From contig OY762069.1 of assembly GCA_963665095.1 (NCBI GenBank), positions 576,001 through 640,000 on the forward strand: a DNA stretch of 64,000 nt, given 5' to 3'. The position numbers were made by a program, and so were the translations under genes. The notes under the pieces are model-generated. The model was not told the DNA's origin. It did not search any database and saw only the letters and a program-made list of their open reading frames with translations. This stretch comes from an uncultured Desulfobacter sp. Lineage in GTDB: Bacteria > Desulfobacterota > Desulfobacteria > Desulfobacterales > Desulfobacteraceae. Shown one piece after another: positions 51,899 through 62,351 of the stretch (position 1 is the first letter of the stretch; every line of letters begins with the position of its first letter).

Positions 51899-52240
51899 AT
51901 GTCGTTAACTATTTTGCAACAAATAACGCACTATAGCCTGCACTTGCTTTTTCCTGGGGTGATAGCCTGGACTTTTTTCAAAGACAATTGGGGAAAAGCA
52001 TGGGTGATTATGCTCACGACAATGCTTGTGGACTTGGATCATTTACTGGCAGATCCAATATTTGATCCTGGACGATGCAGTATTGGATGCCATCCCCTGC
52101 ATTCATACTATGCTATTTTTGTTTATTTCATTGTGTTTTGTACTTTCAAGGCAAGAATTATCAAAATGATTTCAGTGGGGCTGCTTCTTCATATGTTTAC
52201 AGATTATCAGGATTGCCTTTGGGTAAGATATCTCATTTAA
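51899..52240 (+). CDS. Small membrane protein (DUF6122-like)
   Basis: HYSLH, MLVDLDHLLADPIFDPGRCSIG.HPLH, GLLLHMFTD. Confidence 0.8.
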   Translation: MSLTILQQITHYSLHLLFPGVIAWTFFKDNWGKAWVIMLTTMLVDLDHLLADPIFDPGRCSIGCHPLHSYYAIFVYFIVFCTFKARIIKMISVGLLLHMFTDYQDCLWVRYLI

Positions 52241-52544
52241 AGGGAAACCAGCAACTGCCTGTTTTTTAAGACCTCTGCCACCAGGGGGATTACCTCCAGG
52301 CAGAATGGTTTTGAAGGTTACGAGTCGATATCCAGCTTGACGTCAGGGCCCAGATCAGGCCACACTTTGGCCTTTTGCATATTGGCGAACGCGTTCAATT
52401 CGTATTGTTCAGTGTGGCAGTTCAACACCGGGAAAGAGCTGCCTGCCCGGCTGATAATCAGCGATAATTTAAGAGATGGACAATTAACAACGGCATATGG
52501 TAAACCTCACTCAACTAAATCTTTGACACTCCAGGAGGAAACCT

Positions 52545-55127
52545 ATGGTATCCCGTCAGAATTCGAAGTATGGGACGTTGGCCGGCCTGACGCTGTTGCA
52601 GACCTGTAAAACCGTTGTTTTCTTTTTCGCCGTCCTGATTTTTCTTACCTCTTTTGGCCCGACTGCCAGTGGCGTCACCAATGATGTTTCACAGGCCTGG
52701 GTCCGTTCAGATCAATTTAACAAAGCAATTCTGAAAATGGAGATACCTTTTATAAAGAACCAGGGTCAGTTTCAAAGCCCGGATGTTTTATTTGCCGCTG
52801 CCTCCCCCGGCACAACCGCATGGATCACCCGTGCCGGGGAAATTGTCTATTCATTAAAAGGTTCTGGCCGGGGAAAAAACAAAAAACGAGACATACTGTA
52901 TGAATCACTGGTAGACCCCTCAAGTGTGGAAATCAAGGGGATGGATCAAAGCGACACCGTGTTCAATTTTTTCTTTAACGATAATTGCGGACGACGTCAG
53001 GTGAAAGCTTCGGCATTCAAAAGTGTGAGTTTTGGAGAGGTGTACCCTGGTGTTAATCTTGAAATCACTGCAAGCGGCAGTACTGTTGAAAAGATATTTA
53101 AGATTGCCCCCCATGCAGATCCTGCCATGATCAGGCTGTCGGTGACAGGTGCAGGCCCCTTGATGGTTACAGATAAGGGAGAGCTTAAAGTGAAAACCCG
53201 CATTGGTGATATTCACATGAGCCGCCCGGTGGCATTTCAGGAGGAAAAAGGGGTCAGGAAGAGTGTTGATATCGCCTATCTTGCCGTTGGCAGTCAGTAT
53301 CGGTTCAAGGTCGGGGAGTATGACCGGACGAAACCGCTGGTGATTGATCCCTATATTGCCGGTACCTATTTTGGAGGATCTTCGGGCAATGACTACGTCA
53401 ATACTATGGCAACCGATGCCCAGGGAAATGTGTACATCGCCGGTGAAACCGACGCGTATGATATGCCGGTGACGGACTCGGCCCCGGAAACTAATCTTAA
53501 TTCCACATCCAATGATTCAGGGTTTATTGCCAAGTTCGACCCTGATCTTACAACCTTGCTGGCTGCAACTTATCTGGGCGGCTCCGGATATGACTGGATA
53601 ACTTCCATGGCTGTCGAAAGTGAAACCGGAAACATATTTGTCACCGGCGTTACCTCCTCAAGCAATTTTCCCGCCACTGAAGGGGCATACGATACCACTT
53701 ATAATCTGGGTAATGATATCTTTGTGGCCAAGCTCGATCAAAACATTGAAACCCTTATCTCTGCAACATTTCTTGGCGGACGCAGTGACGACGGATATTA
53801 TGACGACGGATTTGACGACACAGACGACAGCAACGGCCAGGCAGCCATAGCACTTGGACCGGACGGATCGGTGTTTGTCGCAGGATTCACCGGCTCAAGC
53901 GACTTTCCCTCCACTAACGGGGCCTGTGATACAACCTATAACGGCAGTTTTGATGCGTTTATTTCCAAATTTTCCAATGACCTGTCTGAACTTACGGCAT
54001 CATCATACCTGGGGGGAAACCAATACGAATGGATATACTCTTTAACCCTTGATTCATCGGGCACCCTTTATGGGGTCGGTGTAACTGCTTCAGATAATTT
54101 CCCAGTGACGGAGTCTGCCTATGACACTTCTTATAACAGCGGGTGGGATCTTTTTGTCGTCTGCATGGACAGCAGTTTAGGTGACATACAGGCCGCTACC
54201 TTTCTTGGCGGCAGCGGCAAAGACGGATATATGACAGACGGGGACAAGCGCTCCATTGCCGTCACCTCCGACAATGAGATCCTAATTGCCGGATCAACGC
54301 AGTCAAGTGACTTTCCCGTGGGACCCAATGCATATGATGCCAGTTACAACGGAAATACCGACGGCTTCCTGGTTAAAATGAATTCCAGCCTGACCGACCT
54401 GCGTCAGGGAACCTTTTTGGGAGGATCAGGTTCTGATACGATATTTTCACTGGAACAGGACCGGCAATATGTTTATGTATGCGGCTGGGCCTGGCAGTCA
54501 GATGATTTTCCGGTAACCCAAAACGCCTATGACACTATCCTTGGCGGATCGGTTGACGGCTACCTGGCCGTTTTAAACGCAGATCTGTCAAACCTTGTCT
54601 ATGCCTCATTTATCGGGGGAACAGGCATGGATATGGCTTCCCATGTCACTGTCAAAGACAGCGGTTCCGTTTACGTGGCCGGAGGAACCTTTTCAGATGA
54701 TTTCCCGGTATCGGCATCGGCCTATGACCTTACGGCCAACGGCGGAGGAAATGATGCCTTTGTCAGCCGGTTTGATCTTACCCCGTACTTATCCGGTGAA
54801 GATGACTGCCGGACTCTGATTACCGGATCAAATATCTCGGGTGCCCAGGCAGCAAACAGTACAATCACTTTCACAGTCATGGCGGCGAACCAGTGCAGCA
54901 GGGCTCTGTACTACCGGTTTTCCATGCATCCCGACTATGGGACACAGGGCTATGACAACACACAATGGCGGTCTATGACCGACACGGAATGGATTTCTGA
55001 TAACGCTATAGACTATACATTTACGGAAGCAGGGAAATACATCGTCGTCGTATGGGTATCGGACAGTAATCAGGATGTGGACGACAACGGGGTTCCCATT
55101 ATCGGATGGTCTGTTGATATTGAATAG
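52545..55127 (+). CDS. Exported SBBP-type beta-propeller protein with a C-terminal YGT module
   Basis: FIKNQGQ, YDRTKPLVIDP, repeated (Y/F)LGG...D and V.G.T.S.DFP.T..AYD units; C-terminal LYYRFSMHPDYGT; GGAGG RBS. Confidence 0.9.
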   Translation: MVSRQNSKYGTLAGLTLLQTCKTVVFFFAVLIFLTSFGPTASGVTNDVSQAWVRSDQFNKAILKMEIPFIKNQGQFQSPDVLFAAASPGTTAWITRAGEIVYSLKGSGRGKNKKRDILYESLVDPSSVEIKGMDQSDTVFNFFFNDNCGRRQVKASAFKSVSFGEVYPGVNLEITASGSTVEKIFKIAPHADPAMIRLSVTGAGPLMVTDKGELKVKTRIGDIHMSRPVAFQEEKGVRKSVDIAYLAVGSQYRFKVGEYDRTKPLVIDPYIAGTYFGGSSGNDYVNTMATDAQGNVYIAGETDAYDMPVTDSAPETNLNSTSNDSGFIAKFDPDLTTLLAATYLGGSGYDWITSMAVESETGNIFVTGVTSSSNFPATEGAYDTTYNLGNDIFVAKLDQNIETLISATFLGGRSDDGYYDDGFDDTDDSNGQAAIALGPDGSVFVAGFTGSSDFPSTNGACDTTYNGSFDAFISKFSNDLSELTASSYLGGNQYEWIYSLTLDSSGTLYGVGVTASDNFPVTESAYDTSYNSGWDLFVVCMDSSLGDIQAATFLGGSGKDGYMTDGDKRSIAVTSDNEILIAGSTQSSDFPVGPNAYDASYNGNTDGFLVKMNSSLTDLRQGTFLGGSGSDTIFSLEQDRQYVYVCGWAWQSDDFPVTQNAYDTILGGSVDGYLAVLNADLSNLVYASFIGGTGMDMASHVTVKDSGSVYVAGGTFSDDFPVSASAYDLTANGGGNDAFVSRFDLTPYLSGEDDCRTLITGSNISGAQAANSTITFTVMAANQCSRALYYRFSMHPDYGTQGYDNTQWRSMTDTEWISDNAIDYTFTEAGKYIVVVWVSDSNQDVDDNGVPIIGWSVDIE

Positions 55128-56240
55128 TTGAGGTGGTTGATCTCTTCTGTTACAGAACTGATTCACTTATTTGGTAAAAAACAGGTATGTTTTCCAGTAA
55201 AACACAAAAGGTCCATGGGGCTAAAAATGAAAAACAGTCTTTTTTGTTGGATGTTGTTTTTTTGTGCGCTGAGTACACCGGTTTTCGCAGCAGCTGATTG
55301 CAAAGTGGTCCTGACGGGGTGCAGTATTTCAGGAACTCAAGAGGTTGATAATTCAATTGCATTTACAGTCTTTGCACAAAATGTCTGTACAGAAACCTTA
55401 TATTACAGATGGTCATTTCATCCTGATTATGGAACAGATGGCTATGATAATACGCAATGGACAAGTATGACGGACACAGAATATGTTACAGACAGTACGA
55501 TTTCATATACTTTCCCCACAGTTGGCAAGTACATTGTAGTGGTCTGGGTGGTAAGCGAGCCCGTAACTGACCCATCGGAGCAGATTGGCGTACCTACCAT
55601 TGGATGGAGTGTGGATATTACCGAAGCAGAGGACAATGCCTGGGTCCTGTATGACGATTTCAATGATAACGCCATTGATGGTGACAAATGGCTGACGGCT
55701 CTTGGGAATTCGCCTGAAGAGATCTCCGGCCGTTTGTTTTTTCAAGGCGGCGCCAATATTTTTCTGGGCACGGTTGAAGGGGCAAGAGGGGTTGAGGCTG
55801 AACTGGAACTTTCAAGTGATTCAGGAATTATAAAGTCTGAAATGCAGGTCGGGTTGAGTGTTTTGAACGATAGCCATGATGATGCCATCTATTCTATTTA
55901 TTTTGAGCTGTCTTCATATGGCAGCCAGGATCAAATAGAGATAGAGCTTAATATTGAAGATCCAAATGTGGATGTTGACCATGAAGTCTGTGTGGTAACA
56001 ACAGCCCAGTTTGATCAGAAATATAAACTGGGCGTTATTTTAGATGGAGATAAAATCGATTTTTATGTGGACGATGTAAAGGTTTATACTGCTGAGTTTG
56101 ACGATTTGGATATAGACAGCAACTCTGAATTATATCCCTTTGTAGGCACCTGGGTTGATCAAGATTATAATCAAATAGCAAAAGGATACGTCGATAACGT
56201 CAAGATCATCACCCAGTCCACACAGGAGTAAAAAATTAAG
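55128..56240 (+). repeat. Diverged ~1.1-kb direct duplicate of 50748-51870
   Basis: Similarity begins TTGAGGTG(A/G)TTGATCTCTT and runs to just past the stop codons. Confidence 0.9.
55227..56231 (+). CDS. Exported protein: N-terminal YGT module (paralogue 2 of 50847-51863)
   Basis: Aligns end to end with 50847-51863; start set by homology (MKNSL). Confidence 0.85.
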   Translation: MKNSLFCWMLFFCALSTPVFAAADCKVVLTGCSISGTQEVDNSIAFTVFAQNVCTETLYYRWSFHPDYGTDGYDNTQWTSMTDTEYVTDSTISYTFPTVGKYIVVVWVVSEPVTDPSEQIGVPTIGWSVDITEAEDNAWVLYDDFNDNAIDGDKWLTALGNSPEEISGRLFFQGGANIFLGTVEGARGVEAELELSSDSGIIKSEMQVGLSVLNDSHDDAIYSIYFELSSYGSQDQIEIELNIEDPNVDVDHEVCVVTTAQFDQKYKLGVILDGDKIDFYVDDVKVYTAEFDDLDIDSNSELYPFVGTWVDQDYNQIAKGYVDNVKIITQSTQE

Positions 56241-56257
56241 GGTTTCCCCGATAGACA
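56232..56257 (+). repeat. 26-bp direct repeat (partner at 58164-58189)
   Basis: AAAATTAAGGGTTTCCC(C/T)GATAGACA, 25/26 identical. Confidence 0.85.
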
Positions 56258-56349
56258 TCTTTTTATGTTAATGATACGAGATTGAGCAGAGTTTGATCTC
56301 CTGTTAAATTTTTTCGATTTTTTTGTTTTTTGCATCCCGGGGGGGGCGT

Positions 56350-58092
56350 ATGATTAAGAAAATTGTTCTTACAATTACTGCGGTGTGCCTGTTATTCATT
56401 ACGACTTCAGTTGCCACTGGTACTGTCAACATTTCTGGTATGAGCATATCCCCTTCCGGAGTGGTTAACACGGGTGATGTGATCACCCTTTCAGTTAATG
56501 CCTCTGACAGCCAGGGAGATCCCCTTTATTATAAGTTTTTTTACTGTGCAGGCTATGGGACCGCTGAATATGCGACCAACCCCTGGATAGTCATGCAGGA
56601 GTATTCGACGTCTAATACCTGTACTTACTCATTTTCCGATGCAGATGATTATATTATTGTGGTAAGAGTGGTGACGGATCCTGAGAATGAACCTGCAGTC
56701 CTGCCAATTTATGGCAAAGTTCTCACCGTCGGCAGTGGCAGCCATATTAATTTCAGCAGGCTGTCCATTGACAGAACAGGGCCGCTCACCGTGGCTGATA
56801 CCGTTACCTTTACTGTTGATGCGTCCTGTTCAGACGGTTCAACTGTATACTATAAATTTTATGCCTGTCCCAACTATGGCACATCTGAATATGAAACGTC
56901 CACCTGGTCTGTTCTCCAGGACTATTCCACAGCAAATACCTGTAGCCATACCTTTGCCGAAGCAAATGACTATATCGTGGTGGCAAGGGCTGTTACCGAT
57001 CCTGAAAACGAACCTGAGGTGCTGCCCATTTACGGTGGCCTCGTTCATATAGGAAATCAGGGCGGTACCGGCACAGTTTCCGGGACCTGGATATCGACTG
57101 CCCCTGTAACTGCCGTGGCCGGAAGCAACGGGTATATCTATGCACTTACAGACAACACCATGGTTGTTCTCGATATTTCAACGCCGTCCGCTCCGGTTGA
57201 AATCGCCGATATTGCCGTCACTGACGAGACCTCTTTGATTGAGGTTGTGGAAAATTATATTGTCACCGCATCACATAAAGGATCGAATGATACAAGCTTT
57301 CTGACTTTTTATGATAATTCAGAGCCCGACAATATTTCAGTTGCCGCCACCTATCCCCTCTATGAAACAATTACTTATGATAGATGTGTCGAGTATTTCG
57401 GCACTATTTGTCTTCGGTATGAAGAGGCAACCAGGAACAATGCGGTTGAGGCTGTCCAGGATATTGCCGTTTCCAATAATACTGTTTTTCTCATTCAGCT
57501 GGAAGATGCAGATGCCGGGTGGGCGTCTTGTCAGGCCTCGTTGTCAATTCTTGATTTTTCAGATATTGCCAATATCAGCCAGCTCTATTTTGATGATTTT
57601 TACTTTACCTATTCCTATTTTGACCTTACCGTTCGCGATAATTCCCTCTATATCACGGAAAATAATCATATAGACTGTGCGCTGGTCTCCTATGACATCT
57701 CAGACCTTGAAAATATTGAATATGTCCACTCTTTTACCGGCGACTTAATTGATGACACCTCGGTTGCCGTCACTGCCACCCATGCATTTGTGGCCGGGGC
57801 CGGGCAGCTTTATATCTATAAGACCACTGACGTCACTGATTACAGCTATTACAATGCAACCTTTAACTTTGAAGCGGAATCTGACGTTGAAAGGGAAATT
57901 GTCGTAGTCGGTAATTATGCCTACATAACATGCAGTGACGGGCTCATTGTTCTTGATATTACCGATCCTGAAAATCCAGAGCCGGTTGAGGCCTCTTTGG
58001 GGATAAATGAGCGCCTGTACGATATCCATGTTGTGGATTCGTACCTGGTGTGTGCCGGCGAGTCAGGAATTTATCTTATTAATCTGTTTTAA
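56350..58092 (+). CDS. Exported protein: two N-terminal YGT modules plus LVIVD-like propeller repeats
   Basis: Signal peptide; LYYKFFYCAGYGT and VYYKFYACPNYGT; MVVLDISTPSAP, VVGNYAYI...GLIVLDITDPENP. Confidence 0.88.
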   Translation: MIKKIVLTITAVCLLFITTSVATGTVNISGMSISPSGVVNTGDVITLSVNASDSQGDPLYYKFFYCAGYGTAEYATNPWIVMQEYSTSNTCTYSFSDADDYIIVVRVVTDPENEPAVLPIYGKVLTVGSGSHINFSRLSIDRTGPLTVADTVTFTVDASCSDGSTVYYKFYACPNYGTSEYETSTWSVLQDYSTANTCSHTFAEANDYIVVARAVTDPENEPEVLPIYGGLVHIGNQGGTGTVSGTWISTAPVTAVAGSNGYIYALTDNTMVVLDISTPSAPVEIADIAVTDETSLIEVVENYIVTASHKGSNDTSFLTFYDNSEPDNISVAATYPLYETITYDRCVEYFGTICLRYEEATRNNAVEAVQDIAVSNNTVFLIQLEDADAGWASCQASLSILDFSDIANISQLYFDDFYFTYSYFDLTVRDNSLYITENNHIDCALVSYDISDLENIEYVHSFTGDLIDDTSVAVTATHAFVAGAGQLYIYKTTDVTDYSYYNATFNFEAESDVEREIVVVGNYAYITCSDGLIVLDITDPENPEPVEASLGINERLYDIHVVDSYLVCAGESGIYLINLF

Positions 58093-58887
58093 CAGGCCCC
58101 AGGTGACCCCGCAGAACCAAGGGTTTCTAAATGCCTTTGTTCTCTCCGGATTTGTGACGGGTCAAAATTAAGGGTTTCCCTGATAGACAATCTGATAGCG
58201 CCATGATAACACATGGCAAAAATTTTAGTTTTTCAAAATTAGTTCCTGTGGGAAGTCGGCTACATTTTTTGATTTCTGCATTGGTTAATATTTGGCCATG
58301 GAAATGTTTAATATATTTCTATGTTAAAAAGGATTGTCTGGGCCTGAACCGAAGCTGAGTGCTGTTCTGCAAAAATTATTTACTGTCCTTTTTTTTGTGG
58401 GATAGAAATGAATATCTGGCTAATGAATCGAAAAATTGCCTGGTAAAAGTCAGAATCAAATCGGGGGGGGGATTTGTTCTTTTGGTGAGCATAATGAAAG
58501 CTGCAATTTTTATTTTAATCCCAAAACAAGCGTGTTATAAAAAATGAATTTCTCATAAGCAATCGGCGACCCGAGCTATTATTTTGTGTCTCCAATCCCC
58601 ATCAAACAGACGCACGAGTCCTGATATTTTTTGGAATACTGCCGATTGTATTGTGGTTCATTGCTTAAATTCCCTTTTGAAATCTACAGGTTTTTGACTC
58701 GCCATTGCAACCCGTTTGCAATAACTGTCCGGAGCAAAAGCATCATGTAACCCAGACAGTCTTTAAAGAGTTAAAAAACTTGAATACGCCTGCGAGTCTG
58801 TTGTTATAACCAATGATTCGGTATTTTCTAGCCCTGCCGGACCGTATGATCAGGCAGGGGATATTTATAAATGTCTGGATGAAACGT

Positions 58888-59815
58888 AAAGTGGACCCCA
58901 GTGTCAAGACAGTTTTTTGTTCAATTTAAGCGTCATCTTTCAAATTTTCCACGACGACTAGCGGAAGTGAAAGCCAGCCCCCTGAGAATGGGCACCACAA
59001 TTACTGCTCGTCGGAAGGGGGTTGGCTTTCGTTGGAGCGGGTTTCTGCCCCCCCCCCCCGGCCTTCATCCAGCCATCCTTTGCTGCTGTCTACCAAAATA
59101 TATTTCCGCCGGTGTCTGACCCTCAAAACTTTGATGAGGCCGTTCATGGTTATAAAAATCAAAGTATTGCTTTAGGGACTTGCGTAGTTGCTCAACAGAT
59201 TGAAATTCGTTCACATAAATTTCTTCATACTTCACGCTGCGCCATAGCCGCTCTATGAAAATATTGTCCATGGCCCGCCCTTTTCCGTCCATACTAATTT
59301 TAATCCCCTTATCTTTCAGGACTTTTGTGAACTCATGGCTGGTGTATTGCGCACCTTGGTCTGTGTTAAATATATGAGGTGTGCCATGACGTCTTAGTGC
59401 TCTTTCAAGGGCCGATATACAAAACTCACTATCCATGGTTACCGAAAGTTCCCAAGACAAGACATAGCGGCTGTGCCAATCCATGACAGCCGTTAAATAT
59501 ACGAACCCACCGGCCAGGCGGATATATGTCAAATCAGTACACCACACCTGATCTGCCCTGGTTACATCAAAATTCCTTAAAAGATATGGGTATATTTTAT
59601 GTTGGGGGTGGGCTCTACTCGTATTCGGTTTCGGGGCTATGGACTGAATCCACATTTTACGCATCAATCTCTGAACTCGTTTACGATTGATTTTATACCC
59701 TTTGCGCATTAAAACATTGCGCATTTGGCGAGTCCCGTAGAAGGGGTGATCCGTGTATTCTTTGTCAATGATTTTCATTATCTCTATATTTTCAGGAGTT
59801 TCCTGCTTTGTGGAA
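58888..59815 (-). mobile_element. 5'-truncated IS3-family element (orfB remnant plus right end)
   Basis: YGTRQM, VWCTDLTYI, FNTDQGAQY, DNIFIERLWRSVKYE, YNHERPHQS (stop 59065); right end CTGTCTTGACACTGGGGTCCACTTTA; no orfA or left end. Confidence 0.88.
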
Positions 59816-59818
59816 ACT

Positions 59819-60330
59819 GAAGTGGACCCGCTGATCTGTCCAAAATGCTGGGGATAGATGCACATCATCAGTTTCATCGAAGAACTTGACATCATCGAAA
59901 AAATATTGCGTCATCTTGGGCTTTGGGATATCCGTAACCATGATCCGCCGCAACCTGTCACTTCCGACTATATTCCTGATTTGGTTTACGACTTATCCGA
60001 TGAGCGCAAGCTTCACTGCGTGCCCCAAATCCCGGCAGCCGACTACTGGAACTGAATTTTTTGAGTGTTTTGCGGGGTTTCCGGTGAGGTCTGTCCAGAA
60101 TCAGCCTAAAAGATAGATGCTATTCCTTTTTTCGGTGCATACAACCCGACTTTATATTCTGCGTTTTCCAAAGTTGTTTTTTTATCCCCACAACCGCTTT
60201 GACACCGGAGCCCCAGCCGAGCGTAGCTACAACATGTTGTAGCTACGCTCGGCTGGGGCCATATTTCAGGTTCTTGATGATCTTGTCATGATTTGCTATA
60301 CCTTGCTATGCAAAAAGGAAGTTCCTATCC
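59819..60330 (+). mobile_element. IS91-family remnant (transposase C-terminus with internal stop, oriIS-like end)
   Basis: EVDPLICPKCWG*MHIISFIEELDIIEKILRHLGLW; ends ...GGAAGTTCCTATCC, resembling IS91/ISCR ori ends. Confidence 0.7.
60210..60259. repeat. Perfect 50-bp palindrome with no spacer
   Basis: GCCCCAGCCGAGCGTAGCTACAACA|TGTTGTAGCTACGCTCGGCTGGGGC. Confidence 0.97.
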
Positions 60331-60337
60331 TTTATCC

Positions 60338-60439
60338 TTATCCTTCTTTAAACCCTTTTTTGCCAAGGTTTGTTTCTAAAATTCTGCGGCTTATGCCGTC
60401 ATCATCCACAATAAGTATATGGTAGTCACTTTGTTTCAT
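60338..60439 (-). pseudogene. N-terminal stub of a response regulator, cut at the IS91-like end
   Basis: AAGGAGG RBS; MKQSDYHILIVDDDGISRRILETNLGKKGFKEG*. Confidence 0.75.
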
Positions 60440-60820
60440 AATACCTCCTTGATGTGTCTGTCATGATTCCCCCGCTTTTTTGCTGTATGATATCAAGCGG
60501 TCTGAACATGGTTCAGCAATAACCGGACCAATGTTCGCAGAATCGTCGAAACCCGCTGCCGGACGGGGAATACAAGATTTTGGGGTGTCGCGGCAAAGAA
60601 ACCGGCTGTCTATCAAAATGACAAATTGAGGGACCCTGTATATCAAAATGACAGCAGGCTAAAGTCAACGCACCAACATCAAAAGTGCACCGGTGCCTGT
60701 ATGCATCTAATGGATTAGAGTGCAGGCCTGAATTTTGCTGTTATGTTTATGATACAATTTAATGTTACAATTGAATTTCCAGGTAACCTATCAATTGCTG
60801 TCCTGCACAAGGAGCAACAG

Positions 60821-62224
60821 ATGGATCAAAACAACAGAATTCTGATCATTGACGATGACGAAGGTGTCCGCGAAACATATGCGGGCATTTTTTCATCTGA
60901 AAAAAAAATCCGGCCTATTGGCCCCCGGGCAGCAGTGGTTCAAACAAGAATCGCTTGAACCACCTCCTTTGGAAAGAAAAGTCTATGAACTCTGCATGGC
61001 TGAAAACGGGATCAAAGGCATCGAAAAAGCAGCCCGGGCCAGGGAAACAGGAATGCCTTTTGCGGTTGCCTTTATCGATATAGAGATGCCCGGCCTTGAT
61101 GGTGCCCAGGCTGCGAAAAGGATATGGGGAATTGATCCCCATGTTAAAATCGTCATTGTAACGGCATACAGCGATTATACGCCGGAAGAGATTATTTCCG
61201 TCATTGGCAGAGACGATATTTTTTATCTGAGAAAACCGTTTAACTATGAGGAGATACTGCAATTTGCCCGGGCTCTGGTGAATGAATGGAATCTTGAACG
61301 CAGCCGGGATAAACTTGAAGAAAATTTAAAAACTGCCAATGGGAAACTTGCCGATATAAATGCACACCTGAAAACAAAGGTGCAGCAACAGGCGGTATTG
61401 ATTGCCCAGGCCGAAAAAATGGCTTCCATCGGTATACTGGCTGCAGGTGTGGCCCATGAAATCAACAACCCGCTTTCATTTGTCACCTCAAATCTGGCAA
61501 CCATAAAAAGCTATCTTGAGCGGATTATCACCCTATATGAAAAAATGACTACGGTGGTGTCATTTTTTTATACGCAGGCCTCCCCGGCAGCGGATACTCT
61601 GCTCAAAGATCTGTCCGTATTCAAGGAAGAAAACAAAATAGAGCATATATTCAGAGATCTTGACTGCATTGCAGACGAATCCATTGAGGGCATCGACAGA
61701 ATAAAAATGATAGTCCGGGATCTGCAAAACTTTTCAAGACTTGAGAAAACACAATCCCTGGAAACAGATATCAACAAGGCCATTGAAACCGCCCTGCATA
61801 TGGTTTGGAACGAACTGAAACATAAGGCCGCAATCGAAAAAAACTGGGCGACATCCCCATGGTCAACTGCTTTTCCCAAAAGATCATCCAGGTGTTCATG
61901 ACTCTTTTGATTAATGCAGGCCAGGCCATTGAAAATAGCGGGACGATCACACTGGAAACCAACCTGGTTCATCTGGGGCGCAGGCAAAGCGATACCTTTG
62001 TTGAAATCAACATCTCAGATACCGGTTGCGGTATCCCCGAAGAGGATATCAGCAGAATTTACGACCCCTTCTTCACAACCAAACCGGTGGGGAAAGGCAC
62101 AGGACTCGGGTTGAGCGTTGTTTATGAAATCATAAAATCCCATAACGGGGAAATGACTGTGTACAGCCGTCCGGGAGAGGGAACAAAATATTGTATTCAT
62201 CTGCCGTTAAACAATAGTTATTAA
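60821..62224 (+). pseudogene. REC-histidine kinase with two poly-A frameshifts
   Basis: MDQNNRILIIDDD -> A9 at 60900-60908 -> FIDIEMP, AGVAHEINNP -> A7 at 61837-61843 -> DPFFTTKPVGKGTGLGL. Confidence 0.85.
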
Positions 62225-62351
62225 CCTTCATGATTGCCTCTATAAGTGGAGCATGAAATAGCGGTCAATTGACAATCTCCACCCCACATGATAGAAAAGT
62301 CGCAATATTTGGTGATTTTCTGTAAACGGCACAGAATGAGGGGGCAGCGAC

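Noticed and set aside
52241..52544. Gene remnant or ORF between the membrane protein and propeller genes
   Set aside because: Only short frames without recognisable similarity or RBS.
58200..58880. Coding capacity of the AT-rich stretch before the IS3 end
   Set aside because: Only short ORFs without motifs; cannot be supported.
59816..59895. N-terminus of the 276-aa IS3 ORF as a real start
   Set aside because: It is the antisense of the IS91-like remnant; IS3 similarity starts near 59800.
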